60,044 nucleotides of DNA from a virus. Taxonomy: Duplodnaviria; Caudoviricetes. Below are positions 11,301 to 20,944 of the stretch, piece by piece (position 1 is the first letter of the stretch; every line of letters begins with the position of its first letter). The DNA lies in the IMG/VR virus record IMGVR_UViG_3300044675_001003, positions 1-60,044 of that record; one strand, written 5' to 3'. The notes beneath the pieces are model-generated. The model did no database searches. It was not told the DNA's origin and saw only the letters and a list, made by a program, of their open reading frames with translations. The position numbers and the translations under genes were made by a program.

Positions 11301-14300
11301 CTGCAGCCCGTGGTCAAAGGGACATCTTTGCCGAGGCGCCAGCAGAAACTCCAGTAGAAACTCCAAAGGCACAGACAGAGCAAGAACGCACTGTTACTCT
11401 AACAAAGAAAGAGTTCCGCGAAGACAAAGAAACTCGCGGTAAGAGCGATCACCCAGCGCTGAAGATGGTGTTTAAGGGTGAGGCGCCAAAGAGCTTAATT
11501 GCCAAGTACGGCGAGAAAGATGTGCGCTTCCTTGGCCGTCTGTTTGATATTGACGTTAAAGACAAGTTCAATGTTGCCAAGAAACTGATTGCAATTGACA
11601 GCGGTCTGAGCTTGATTCGCGGCAAAGATAAAGCTTACTTTGACAAGATGAACAAAGCCCAACTGGGTGAGTTCCTTGAGGCTGTAGGCCAGTCTGCTTA
11701 CGGTCAGAAGTACCAACTGGTAGAGCGCCTGCTGAAGCACGAAGGCAACGTGATGGGCAAGTTCAATGACAACTTGCAAGACCTGAAGCACAGGGCCGCT
11801 GTCCTAAATGAAGCCCGCGCAGGCAAGCCCATCAGCGAAGAGGTGCTGAAAGACTACCCAGATGTGGCTGCATATTCGTTGCCACGCGACTCTGAAGGCT
11901 ATAAAGCTGCCATCCGCACTTTGGCAGTCAGAGCGTTGCCAACGCTTGGCATGGACACACCAGCCACTATTGCGGCCTATCGCGAAGACGCTAAGACTAC
12001 AAAGGATCCTCTTGAGAAAAATGTAGCCAACGACATTGCTGACTACATGGAGAGCTACTACAAGTCTCAGCAAGAGAAAAGCAATCAAACCATGGCCAAG
12101 CTTGGCAGTGGCACTGGCCCAACAATGGGCGAAATGATTGCCGAGAACAAGCGCGTTAAGGCGCAGCTGGCTGCACTTGAGAAGGGCGAAGAAGCGCCCG
12201 TAGACAATAAAAAAGAGATTGCTGACCTACGCGCAGAGCAGAAGGTTTTAATACGTCAAATTATTAAAGCCGGCTTGCAGGAAACCCCAGAGCAAGAAGC
12301 TCGCATGGGCGAGATTAGCAAACGTCTTGATGAGCTTGAAGGTAGGGCGCCAGTTAAGCAAGCTGAGAAGCCAGAAGTTAAACAACGAAGCGTTGAAGAA
12401 ATCAGGAAAGAGCTTGAGGATTTGCAAGATCAAGCCTCAGAAGAATTTAACAAGGACAAGAAAAAGAAGCTTGCTTCCGACATCTATAAGCTGCAAGCCG
12501 AGTTGACTGCTGCCGAAGGTAGGGCTGCAAGAGCAGCTGCAGAAGGCAAATCGCAAAGCAAAAATAAACTAGATGACCCGGCTGAGTTTGAAAAAGCTTT
12601 GAAGGGTTTTGAGGATGCTTATGGCGATCCAGAAAGCGCCCTGTCCGAGCTTAATTATTACAAAAATACTGTTGATAGCTTGATCAAAAAAGGCGGCTCA
12701 ATTTACCGAGTGCTTTTTGTAAAGTCTATCAATGACATTGATGAAAAAAATCTTGGTAACTATTGGACTGTCCATTCATCAAACATTGATAGGTACGGTG
12801 ACAACCTTTCAGACAACGCTGACGAAGGTACGCAGCTGTATGTCGTTCAAGCCAAGGTTCCGCCTAACTCTATATCAAACCAAGGGGTTGATATTAGCGG
12901 GAACCCAGATGAAGAAGAAGTAAACATCGTTGCAAACAAGGACGATATTACTTATACGGTTCATGAGTACAGTAATAAACGGATGGGCCCAGCAATTCGC
13001 GAGCTTGGCAAAACAGAGGCTGAAACCGAAGCGGCAGAAGAGGCAGCAGAAGAAGCCATACGAAACAAGGCAGAGGCTGAAATTGATGAAGGCCCAATTG
13101 GTCAAGCAATTGCCAAGATTGAAAACGGCGACATTGAAACCAAGGCGCAGATACGAAGTCTTATTGTAAAACTAGAACGTGATGGCACCCTTGATGATGT
13201 AGAAGATGTCCGAGAAGGTCTTAGCGATAGAGAGCAAGATGCAAGCGAAGTTCTGGATACCCTGAGTGGTTTGCTAGATGACGCTAGAGATAACGCCATT
13301 GATGAGCGTTTTGACGAATTGCTTGAGGAAAGGGCGCAAGATGAGGTGCTGCCCGCCGAAGAGCCACAGATTGCCGGCCAGGTTGGCTTTGAGCCTTACA
13401 CAATCGAAGGTGACTTCACTGAAGTAGCTGAAGAGCAGCAGCGCTTGATGTTGGAAGACCAGACCGAGAACCTGTCTGATGATCAAGTCTCCACCCTCGA
13501 GAAACACTACGGCGCCACGATTGATTCGGACGAGTTCTTTACCAAGCTGCGTGAGGATGTCACTAACTTTATCGTTAAGGGCGCCACAGCTGTTAACGGC
13601 AAGATCCGCGCGATCATTCGCCAGTTGGCCAATGGTGTTCTGGCTGTAGGTATTGCGTTCAACCCGCAATATATGTCTCAGCCGATAAACGTGTTTATGC
13701 CTGTTGACAACGTGCGTACAGAAGAAGTTCTAGCCCAAGTGCCTGATGCTGCTACAGACAAGATGTCTGAGCCAGCCAAGCGCGCTTTTGCTGTGATCTA
13801 CCCAGCTCTCCAAGAACAGATGGTGGCCAAAGACAAGCTGTTCATCATGGCCGACAAGCCAAGTGGCCGGGTGTTTATATTTAACCCTGATGGTTCTTTA
13901 TTGCTTGAGAAGAAATCCCTGTTTGGCTTGGCCAAGGGTGATCTCTATGTGGGTGACAACGAAAAGCCCCAGAACCGCATTACCCCAGCTGGTCTGTTTG
14001 ACCTGAAGTTTGTTGACGCTGCAAAGGGTGCTGCTGAGAAGCGTACCGCTGGTGACTATGACACTGGTACCGTGCTGGCCATCAACGATCCAGAAGGCAC
14101 AATCACGATCATGCACTCTGTGTGGCTGAAAGAGAAAGACGCCGCACAACGTGCAGCTGCATTGCGTAACGATTCTCCTGCAGATTCACGCTACTCATTT
14201 GGCTGTATCAATGTAGATGCACCGACCTACAAGTTCTTGGTGGACAACCACGCCCAGCAGATGGATGGCGCTGCGCTATTCATCGTGCCAGAGGCTGGTG

Positions 14301-17300
14301 TAGACGTCATGTCGTTCATTACTGGTAAGGGTGCCATGTCAGAAGACTTGGCCCGTATCAAGATTAAGCCAGTCACTAAGGAAGTCAGAACGCCTCAGAG
14401 ACAGGCCACTCAGGCAGAGGCCAAGACCAAGACGCCCGGCAGGGAGCAGCAGTTCTTTAGTCTTGAGAAGCAGACTGGGACGGCGGCGTTTAAGAAGTTC
14501 TTTGGTAACAGTAAGGTTGTCGATGAAAATGGCAACCCGATGATTGTGTACCACGGCACCATTGTTCGACCAGATACCGAAGATGTGAAGGGTATGGGGG
14601 ACATCATGGCGTTTGACCGGATGTTTACTACTCAGTTCCGCAAGCCATCTATTGATACCGTTGGCAGCTTCTTTAGCACCAACCCCGGTGAAGGTGGCGC
14701 CCAGATGTACTCCGGTACTGGCGAAGGCGCTGCGGTCTATCCCGTGTACTTGTCTATCAAGAACCCATACACCACAACATTTGAAACAATGTTAAGACGC
14801 GCCCGCATGATGGAAAACGGCGTGGACGATGGCCGCAAGATTGGTGCAAAAGAAGTTGCAGCCCTGCGTAAGTTCTTAAAGGAAACCGGCAAAGATGGCA
14901 TCCACATCAAGGCCGATCCAAAGAGCGCTGAGTTTAAAGATCAGGACGTCTGGATTGCTTTAGAGCCAGAGCAAATCAAATCAGCCACAGGTAACCGTGG
15001 TACGTTTGATGAGTCTGCCAACATTTCTATGAGCATTGAAGGCAAGAAACTGCCTCCAGGACGTTCGCCAGAGCTGGCCGCTGCAGCCCGCCAAGTCAAA
15101 GAAGGCAAGATGACGGCAGCCGAGTTTGACGAGATGGTCAACAAGTACAGACCTATTCGTCCATACGAAGCACCATTGAAGCCCGCAACAACGGCCCAGA
15201 TGGTTGATGCTTTAAGCTCCGAGAAAAAAGATAAGGTTAACCCTGACATTCCAGAAGGCACCCGTGTTGGCCTGCGCTTAGACATCCCAGCGTTCAATCG
15301 CAAGGGCGTCTATGTTGTGACCATCCACGAAAAAGGAAACGCCAGCGGCCCCGGTAAAGCTATTGGCTATGACAGCGTAGCGGTAATTAACAATGTTAAT
15401 TTCGGTACTGGCAGCCAGAAGAAAGCTTTGAACATTGCTACTGGTGAAGCCAAGGATGCGCTGCAGACCATGGAAGGTGAGTTCGTTAAGAGTGATCCGG
15501 ACGCCGTTTATGCGGCTGCATTGAAGGCCATGGATGACCCATCTTGGACTCAGATTGGTGTAGACCCTACTCGCCACGCTTACTTCTTTGATCGCAATAC
15601 AACCCAGCCGGTTATAGCTGCCGAGCAAGTTATCCAGATTGGCAACACAGTATTAGCCAAGAACGTAACCTACGGCAAGAAAGAAAGCTTCCTCTACAAC
15701 CTTGGCGATGACATGGTCAGGCTTGTTAATCAGATAGCTGACAGCATTGCTGAAAACGAAAAGAAGCGTTCACCATCCTTTAAACGCACAGCCAAGACTC
15801 TTACAAGGCAGCGTGGCGAAGGAAAGATTACTGATGAGGAATACCTCGACCGCATGAATGCCGCCATTGAGGAGGACGAAGAAAGCCGCCTCGATAAGGG
15901 AGTGCCGCAGCGCGTTCGTGGTGCTGACTTTATTCGTGAGAAGTTGCTTAATGCTAAACGCAGGAAAATGATTACTGCAGAAGGCGTTGATTTAGCCGAG
16001 TGGTTTATCCAGCAAAACCCTGCTTTGGTTGACGATCTTGGCATCAGCGTTGTGGGCAAAGGACTGGCCGGCGTTGGCGGTTTCTATAACTCTGACGCTC
16101 GCATCATTAACCTGATCAAAGATGCCGGATCAAGCCAGACGGCTACGCACGAAATCTTGCACCACCTTGAGCGCATGATGCCGACCGACATTCAGAATGC
16201 CATTCGCAAGGCATGGCTGACCCAGCTGCTGAAGGCTAACAAGGCCGCTAAAGACCCAGCCCAGCGTTTGTACTTCATGGCGCTGCTGGATGCCCACATT
16301 GGCAACAACAACCATGATCGCTTGGAAATACCAAAAGACTTAGAGAAGATTTACAAATCAGCCGTAAAGCAAATGCAGTTTGCTAGTGCGCTTGCTGGAG
16401 ATCCTTTTGGTTCGTCAAAGAGTAGCGATTTAGCAAAAAATCTTTTGCTGTATTCACCTACCGTAACGAACGACCTTTACGAGTACTTTGATCCGTCAGA
16501 GTTCTGGGCGGTCAACGGATCTGACATTGTTCAAGCCCGCTACGAGGCTGTTAAGGGCGGCGTGTTGGCCAAGCTTAAAAACTGGCTGCGTGAGTTTACC
16601 CAGAAGATCAAATCATTGCTGGGCCTGAAGTCTGACGCATCCATCATTCGTGCATTGGATAGCTTGGCCAAGTCTGATGGTAAGTTTGTGACCAGAAAAA
16701 TGCTGGGCACCGGCGAGTACCGAAGCATTGAGCGCCGCAACTACGAAGGTGGTGAAGCGCCAGAGCCGGACATGGAAATCCCAGAGATGTCGTTCATGGA
16801 CGATGTGATCTACAAGTACGGCGATAAGCTAATCGACACCAAGCGTTTGATTCAATCTATTCAGAGCACCGGCAGAAAGATTGATGAGCGTTTTGACGCC
16901 TACATGAAGGAAGAGAACTACCATGGCCGTCTGGCCAAGCGTACTAAGAACTTCCTTAATGAAGAAATGCGTCCAGTGCTTGAGGAAATGCAAGAGAAAA
17001 ACGTGACGCTGGATGAGCTCGAAACGTTCTTGCTCAACCGCCACGCCAAAGAAGCCAACGCATACATTGCTAAGATCAACCCAGTAGGTTTTCCAGAGGC
17101 TGGCTCCAGCGTTTCAGATGAGGCTGCCGATAAGTACATGGCGGAGTTGACGCCAGAGAAGCGCAAAGATCTTATGGCCCTTGCAGCCAAGGTCGATGCT
17201 ATTGTCAAAGAGACTCAGCGCGTTTTGGTGGCCAATGGCCTTGAGACTCAGGACACAATTGACGAGTGGAATAAGACATACAAGAACTATGTTCCGCTAC

Positions 17301-19450
17301 AGCGTGACAACCTTGACTTTGTCCACACTGGCCGTGGCGTGATGGGTGGTTTTGGTACCCGTGGTTCAGCTTCTAAGCGCCGTGTTGGTTCTGATAAGCC
17401 AGTCATTGACATCTTTGCCAACATTGCTATGCAGCGTGAGCGCGCTTTGCGTAGGTCTGAGCAGGCCCGTGTTGGCCGCGCTTTGTATGGCATGGCTATC
17501 AAGCATCCAAATCCCGGCTTTTGGTTGGCCATCAATCCTGATGCCATCAAGGACAAGGAAAAGCTGGAAGCCGAGCTTATCTCTCTGGGCCTTACGCCTG
17601 AAGATGCTCGGAGCATTATCCAAGAGCCGCGCCAGCCAATGTTTGATAAGAAGACTGGTCAGGTTAAGTATCAGGTTAACCCCCTGCTGCGCGACAGCCC
17701 TAACGTCTTCCCTATCCGCATTAACGGCGAAGACCGCTTTATCTTCTTTAATCCGAATGACCCCCGTGCATTGCGTATGGTTGAGTCAATAAGGAACCTT
17801 GACACCGAAAGACTGGGCGATGCAATTGGTATGGCCAGCATGGTCACCCGCTGGTTTGCTTCTGTTAATACCCAGTACAACATCGTGTTCGGTGCTGTTA
17901 ACTTCTTGCGCGACCTTAGTGCTGCATCCCTTAACTTGTCAACAACAGAGATTGCTGGCAAGGAAAAGAAAGTGCGGGCCAACGTGCTGCCGGCCCTGCG
18001 CGCAATCTATCGTGATCTGCGCGGTAAAGGTGCGACTACCGAAACGATGGCAGAAATGCAAAATTGGTTTGAGCGTTTCCAGCTGGCCGGCGGTCAGACT
18101 GGTTACCAGAATCAGTTTGCAGAAACAAAACGTAAAGGCAATGTTGTTGAGCAAGAGCTGCGGCGCCTCAACCGTGGCAACGTCAAGAAGTCTGTTGATG
18201 CGGTATTTGACTGGCTGTCAGACTACAACGATGCCATCGAGAATTCGATTCGTTTGTCTGCGTTTAAGGTTGCTGTTGAAAGCGGTTTGAGCGAAGACAA
18301 GGCGGCCAGCATTGCCAAGAACCTGACTGTTAACTTTAACCGTAAGGGTGCTAGGACTGGCTTTATCTCCGCCTTGTATGCGTTCTTTAACGCTGCTGTC
18401 CAAGGTAGTACTCGCATGGTGGAAACTCTGCGCGGGCCCATGGGTAAGAAGATCATCTTTGGCGGTATGCTCCTTGGATCTATGCAGGCCATTGCTTTGG
18501 CCATGGCTGGGTTTGATGATGATGAGCCACCAGAGTTTGTCAAAGACAAAAATCTGATCATTCCAATCCCATTTACAGACAAAAAGTATTTGTCTATTCC
18601 AATGCCATTGGGTTTCAATATGTTCCCCGGCTTTGGTCGCCTTGCCATGGAGACATTGCTCATTGAAACCGGCATGATCAGAAGCCGCAAAGGCCCGGGC
18701 GATAAGGTCATGAGCGCGGTGTCTTTGGTGTTTGATGCGTTCAACCCGCTGGGTGGTTCTGGCAATCCTTTGTTGATGGCTGTGCCCACAATTGGCGATC
18801 CGTTTGCTGCGATCTACAGCAACAAAGATTCCTTTGGACGCCCAATCTACAAGGAAGACAGAGGCACAGCGCCTACGCCCGGTTACGAGCGTTCGCGTGA
18901 GAATGCCAGCATCTTGAGTAAGAAGCTTGCCGAAGCAATTAACTATGTAACTTCGCCAGCAGGCACCAAGCACACTAAAGGATTCTTTAGTCCTACTGCT
19001 GATGAAATTGACTACTTCATTGGTCAGATCACCGGTGGTGTTGGTCGAGAAATCATGAAAGTTGGTGAGTTTGCTAAGTCAAAGGCGGTCACTCAAGAAG
19101 AGGTACCAGCGTACAAGCTGCCGGTGGTTGGCCGCTTCTACGGCGAGGCCGAGTCACCAGCTGCTACGCGATCAAGGTTTTATGAGAATGTAACCGTGAT
19201 GGCCAAGCATGAGTATGAGATCAAGGGCCTGCGTAAGGATAGGATAAGCCCAGCTGAATACGTCAAAGCCAACCCAGAGGCCAGGTTGTGGCAGCGGGCT
19301 AACAATGTTGAGAATCAGATCGTCAAGCTAAATAAAGAGAAGAAAGCGCTGCTTGAGAGGGATGCCCCAAGGGAGGCGGTCAAGCGCAAGGAAGATGAAA
19401 TCTTAAAGAAGATGACTGAGTTCAACAATCAGGTTAGACGGGGCCAATAA
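8372..19450 (+). CDS. Giant polyvalent ejected protein (3692 aa): SAP-like motif, three ART-like domains, YkuD L,D-transpeptidase, zincin metallopeptidase, C-terminal LPD38-like region
   Basis: ART-PolyVal signature FKKFFGNSKVVDENGNPMIVYHGT...VYPVYLSIKNPY...QIKSATGNRGTFD; HSVW...SFGCINV; HEILHH; NLTVNFNRKG...YAFFNAAVQG. Confidence 0.8.
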   Translation: MQRAVNPQTGEVLFLVDNQWISPAQKAKNEKGDTAYLVGNKWEVVEAPVTEQPSGIASVAPRAANTMTADEYLQQVAAREARGYDRTLGGSLIDTGVTFLKGAIGLPEAFVGLADIPTAGYAGKLLEQAGYKPKEAKEILDTYLSEAQQAANRKLKQAEGFGGAVAAALQNPSTIATAVGESIPQMLGGAAVARGLMKAAPGLAPYLAGAAGEGLLGAGAAAEQIRQQSEDKLLSGKQIVSALGSGAGTAAFGAAGGKLAAKFGLDDIDTLLAAGAGKGGVKSVKDFAIKATASGITEGLFEEMPQSAQEQMWMNYATDKPLFQGVPEAAGMGFVTGAAMGVGATGLGRRKQTEQGLPSVAPEAELTPTPTTPPEAGITSLMPQEPTPPAPPAGPAEAVQAPGSEAMDTQAMLEELINSVNYPQEKAPEVVAEKQLTQEEIDKQDQQDRFLAEMQDLQDDVSDRDDKYFETSPAKPESVKLYRGVPKGQEGRETVGGALFMSPDRDIAEQYAGPGGKVTEESRTFDNILDAPTWANAKQKLGLPQSATMADLVNAAREAGHDGVTFKTTNGQEYIAINKAPKAPTTTLETREEYPALSKTEVEELGLAPKPKVEKPKEPKIDYLNHPDNVGSDASSKREFDNKGKLQVAPQNIADGGTPFKSRAAADVARKNYPDMRVLPTADKKGFILAPKTPKQIEADKAKAKRLGLPMTTTKGTPMAAHQFITSEGGITKDAMKDLGMDENVRSGNRSLFTDTGMSVEQAYMKLQEAGYLEEGATQNDARNLITESVKKPKYRQQDTEEMTKRAQQADYEDYLKAEEEASLYSPVDEEMGYEMGDFDGTGYESASPEVQAEVRALLAQADALGINTESIKEEIFYETENQSVQAYYKAFKSALEDAITAGRQDRIEDTGQPGGEGAGFELTAPTADEIRTKQAETERRAKEEERANKAAEDKARADEQAAEFTLTGSDRAADVAAARGQRDIFAEAPAETPVETPKAQTEQERTVTLTKKEFREDKETRGKSDHPALKMVFKGEAPKSLIAKYGEKDVRFLGRLFDIDVKDKFNVAKKLIAIDSGLSLIRGKDKAYFDKMNKAQLGEFLEAVGQSAYGQKYQLVERLLKHEGNVMGKFNDNLQDLKHRAAVLNEARAGKPISEEVLKDYPDVAAYSLPRDSEGYKAAIRTLAVRALPTLGMDTPATIAAYREDAKTTKDPLEKNVANDIADYMESYYKSQQEKSNQTMAKLGSGTGPTMGEMIAENKRVKAQLAALEKGEEAPVDNKKEIADLRAEQKVLIRQIIKAGLQETPEQEARMGEISKRLDELEGRAPVKQAEKPEVKQRSVEEIRKELEDLQDQASEEFNKDKKKKLASDIYKLQAELTAAEGRAARAAAEGKSQSKNKLDDPAEFEKALKGFEDAYGDPESALSELNYYKNTVDSLIKKGGSIYRVLFVKSINDIDEKNLGNYWTVHSSNIDRYGDNLSDNADEGTQLYVVQAKVPPNSISNQGVDISGNPDEEEVNIVANKDDITYTVHEYSNKRMGPAIRELGKTEAETEAAEEAAEEAIRNKAEAEIDEGPIGQAIAKIENGDIETKAQIRSLIVKLERDGTLDDVEDVREGLSDREQDASEVLDTLSGLLDDARDNAIDERFDELLEERAQDEVLPAEEPQIAGQVGFEPYTIEGDFTEVAEEQQRLMLEDQTENLSDDQVSTLEKHYGATIDSDEFFTKLREDVTNFIVKGATAVNGKIRAIIRQLANGVLAVGIAFNPQYMSQPINVFMPVDNVRTEEVLAQVPDAATDKMSEPAKRAFAVIYPALQEQMVAKDKLFIMADKPSGRVFIFNPDGSLLLEKKSLFGLAKGDLYVGDNEKPQNRITPAGLFDLKFVDAAKGAAEKRTAGDYDTGTVLAINDPEGTITIMHSVWLKEKDAAQRAAALRNDSPADSRYSFGCINVDAPTYKFLVDNHAQQMDGAALFIVPEAGVDVMSFITGKGAMSEDLARIKIKPVTKEVRTPQRQATQAEAKTKTPGREQQFFSLEKQTGTAAFKKFFGNSKVVDENGNPMIVYHGTIVRPDTEDVKGMGDIMAFDRMFTTQFRKPSIDTVGSFFSTNPGEGGAQMYSGTGEGAAVYPVYLSIKNPYTTTFETMLRRARMMENGVDDGRKIGAKEVAALRKFLKETGKDGIHIKADPKSAEFKDQDVWIALEPEQIKSATGNRGTFDESANISMSIEGKKLPPGRSPELAAAARQVKEGKMTAAEFDEMVNKYRPIRPYEAPLKPATTAQMVDALSSEKKDKVNPDIPEGTRVGLRLDIPAFNRKGVYVVTIHEKGNASGPGKAIGYDSVAVINNVNFGTGSQKKALNIATGEAKDALQTMEGEFVKSDPDAVYAAALKAMDDPSWTQIGVDPTRHAYFFDRNTTQPVIAAEQVIQIGNTVLAKNVTYGKKESFLYNLGDDMVRLVNQIADSIAENEKKRSPSFKRTAKTLTRQRGEGKITDEEYLDRMNAAIEEDEESRLDKGVPQRVRGADFIREKLLNAKRRKMITAEGVDLAEWFIQQNPALVDDLGISVVGKGLAGVGGFYNSDARIINLIKDAGSSQTATHEILHHLERMMPTDIQNAIRKAWLTQLLKANKAAKDPAQRLYFMALLDAHIGNNNHDRLEIPKDLEKIYKSAVKQMQFASALAGDPFGSSKSSDLAKNLLLYSPTVTNDLYEYFDPSEFWAVNGSDIVQARYEAVKGGVLAKLKNWLREFTQKIKSLLGLKSDASIIRALDSLAKSDGKFVTRKMLGTGEYRSIERRNYEGGEAPEPDMEIPEMSFMDDVIYKYGDKLIDTKRLIQSIQSTGRKIDERFDAYMKEENYHGRLAKRTKNFLNEEMRPVLEEMQEKNVTLDELETFLLNRHAKEANAYIAKINPVGFPEAGSSVSDEAADKYMAELTPEKRKDLMALAAKVDAIVKETQRVLVANGLETQDTIDEWNKTYKNYVPLQRDNLDFVHTGRGVMGGFGTRGSASKRRVGSDKPVIDIFANIAMQRERALRRSEQARVGRALYGMAIKHPNPGFWLAINPDAIKDKEKLEAELISLGLTPEDARSIIQEPRQPMFDKKTGQVKYQVNPLLRDSPNVFPIRINGEDRFIFFNPNDPRALRMVESIRNLDTERLGDAIGMASMVTRWFASVNTQYNIVFGAVNFLRDLSAASLNLSTTEIAGKEKKVRANVLPALRAIYRDLRGKGATTETMAEMQNWFERFQLAGGQTGYQNQFAETKRKGNVVEQELRRLNRGNVKKSVDAVFDWLSDYNDAIENSIRLSAFKVAVESGLSEDKAASIAKNLTVNFNRKGARTGFISALYAFFNAAVQGSTRMVETLRGPMGKKIIFGGMLLGSMQAIALAMAGFDDDEPPEFVKDKNLIIPIPFTDKKYLSIPMPLGFNMFPGFGRLAMETLLIETGMIRSRKGPGDKVMSAVSLVFDAFNPLGGSGNPLLMAVPTIGDPFAAIYSNKDSFGRPIYKEDRGTAPTPGYERSRENASILSKKLAEAINYVTSPAGTKHTKGFFSPTADEIDYFIGQITGGVGREIMKVGEFAKSKAVTQEEVPAYKLPVVGRFYGEAESPAATRSRFYENVTVMAKHEYEIKGLRKDRISPAEYVKANPEARLWQRANNVENQIVKLNKEKKALLERDAPREAVKRKEDEILKKMTEFNNQVRRGQ
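9618..9636. promoter_or_regulatory. Palindrome TAATTAACAGTGTTAATTA (dispersed motif, copy 1)
   Basis: Perfect 19-bp inverted repeat inside the giant CDS; the core ATTAACASTGTTAAT recurs elsewhere. Confidence 0.6.
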
Positions 19451-19736
19451 TCCCCTGCTCAAAGAATAGGCCCAGTGTCTTGCGATGTGCATCCTCCCAC
19501 ATCTCAACACGCTGGGCCTTATCCATCTTAGACCCCTGATCTAACTCCATGTGGCACCGATAGCATAAGGACGCTATGCGGTAATCGTGAGCCTTGAGGC
19601 CCCGGCCCTTGCCGTCCCGTAGTTGGTTGCTGTGGGCGGCTACCACTGTTCCGTCACTCACCCCGCAGTGCTGGCACGGCAGGAGCCTTGCGGCTTTTAG
19701 TAGTTTTTCGTTTCGATACATTTGGTTTACAGTCAT
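19434..19736 (-). CDS. DUF1364/YbcO-like Zn-binding putative nuclease
   Basis: AARLLPCQHC...VVAAHSN...GKGRGLKAHD...LCYRCHMELD; start may be 19721. Confidence 0.7.
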   Translation of the reverse strand: MTVNQMYRNEKLLKAARLLPCQHCGVSDGTVVAAHSNQLRDGKGRGLKAHDYRIASLCYRCHMELDQGSKMDKAQRVEMWEDAHRKTLGLFFEQGIIGPV

Positions 19737-19848
19737 AGCACACCCAGCGGTTGCCTTTTGGATCTACAAGTTTGCCGTGGTCTAAGGGTTTGGAATGCTC
19801 ACAGGTAGCGCAGTAGCGTTTACCGTAGATCCTCATGTTTTCTGACAT
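19654..19848 (-). CDS. Small Zn-finger protein
   Basis: CATC...WVCYDC; resembles 28240..28428. Confidence 0.5.
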   Translation of the reverse strand: MSENMRIYGKRYCATCEHSKPLDHGKLVDPKGNRWVCYDCKPNVSKRKTTKSRKAPAVPALRGE

Positions 19849-20029
19849 TGCGTTTGCCTTTCTTGATTGCGGCCAGTCCTTCTTCGGGCTCTTTTCTAGC
19901 TTCCATCCATTGATCGGCTATTTCGTATGCTGCCTCGGCTAGGTTGTCACCTTCCCTGTTACGGATGATGAGCCCGGCCAAAGCAAACATAGACGCCAGA
20001 TCTCGCAGATTGGTGTCGTGTTCAGTCAT
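19820..20029 (-). CDS. Small phage protein (LRD..A..A...AY..AD family)
   Basis: LRDLASMFALAGL...AYEIADQWMEAR; distant paralogue of 26190..26408. Confidence 0.6.
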   Translation of the reverse strand: MTEHDTNLRDLASMFALAGLIIRNREGDNLAEAAYEIADQWMEARKEPEEGLAAIKKGKRNVRKHEDLR

Positions 20030-20253
20030 TAGTGAACCTCTTTATCGGTATGTTCCTTGCGGATGTTTCTAAGCGTGTCGCGGAAAGCAGCCGTTGCCTG
20101 CTCGTCATCGTCCATGCCCAGCTCTACCAGCAACTCACAAAGAAGCTTACTCAATGAAATGACTGCAACGATTGGATCTTCGCATTCTGTGTTCATCAGG
20201 GCAGAGCTCAGAGCTTTGTCCATGTCCATTACTTGGTCAGTGATGTCTTTCAT
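20029..20253 (-). CDS. Hypothetical protein
   Basis: Translationally coupled to both neighbours; GGAG RBS. Confidence 0.55.
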   Translation of the reverse strand: MKDITDQVMDMDKALSSALMNTECEDPIVAVISLSKLLCELLVELGMDDDEQATAAFRDTLRNIRKEHTDKEVH

Positions 20254-20525
20254 CGCATCTCCAGTTCTTTGATCTGATCGGCCAGCACATCGGCCAAGTA
20301 CTTACCGCGAACGGCAATGTGCTCGATCTCTTTGATGGTGTCGATCTCTTTTATACAGTCTTTGAGCGCCTTGTTGTACCCGGACTTAAAAGTATCGTCA
20401 CCATCAACGATCATGCAAATAGCGTCCCGCACCATGCTGGATGCTTTACGCTGCTTGGCTAGTTCCTTGATCTTGTCGTGATACTCCACTGGTAAATAGA
20501 CGCTGTAAGGGATTAGTTTCTTCAT
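20250..20525 (-). CDS. Ribbon-helix-helix DNA-binding protein
   Basis: KKLIPYSVYLPVEYHDKIKELAKQRKASSMVRDAI has the beta-alpha-alpha RHH pattern; GGAGG RBS. Confidence 0.6.
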   Translation of the reverse strand: MKKLIPYSVYLPVEYHDKIKELAKQRKASSMVRDAICMIVDGDDTFKSGYNKALKDCIKEIDTIKEIEHIAVRGKYLADVLADQIKELEMR

Positions 20526-20944
20526 GCTTTCCTCCAAGCTTCGAAGCTGGTTCGCAATTGATTGAATAAATGGCGGGCTTCTTCGTTGGTCTTAAGCTCT
20601 TTGCGGGACTCTATGTCCAAGTAGGATGCGATCCAACTGGCACAAGCCTTCTCGTTCTTCTCCATTAGCCACTCTTTCTGGTGCAGCCAGTCCCAAAACT
20701 CTGGATCACGGCACAGAATGCCGGCCAGCTTCACCGCATGATCCCCAGGAAACTCGTTCTCTCGGTTCATCGGTTGCTCATCATCACCCAGTCGCACCAT
20801 CACAACAATGTAGCGCGAGCCTACAAAGTCGCGCATAAGGTCGTTGTGCAGCTCGTCAGGGTGAACAGCCAAAGACAGCATATAGCCGTCCTTGGATTGC
20901 TTAAGCCCTGTTTTTATCGCTTCGAACTGTATTGGATCTGGCAA
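20522..20944 (-). CDS. Conserved hypothetical phage protein
   Basis: AGILCRDPEFWDWL...IESRKEL motif typical of phage recombination blocks. Confidence 0.6.
   Translation of the reverse strand: MPDPIQFEAIKTGLKQSKDGYMLSLAVHPDELHNDLMRDFVGSRYIVVMVRLGDDEQPMNRENEFPGDHAVKLAGILCRDPEFWDWLHQKEWLMEKNEKACASWIASYLDIESRKELKTNEEARHLFNQLRTSFEAWRKA

Noticed and set aside
8835-18973. Many short antisense or alternate-frame ORFs within the giant gene and other long CDSs
   Set aside because: Shadow ORFs of strongly coding frames with no motifs or RBS.
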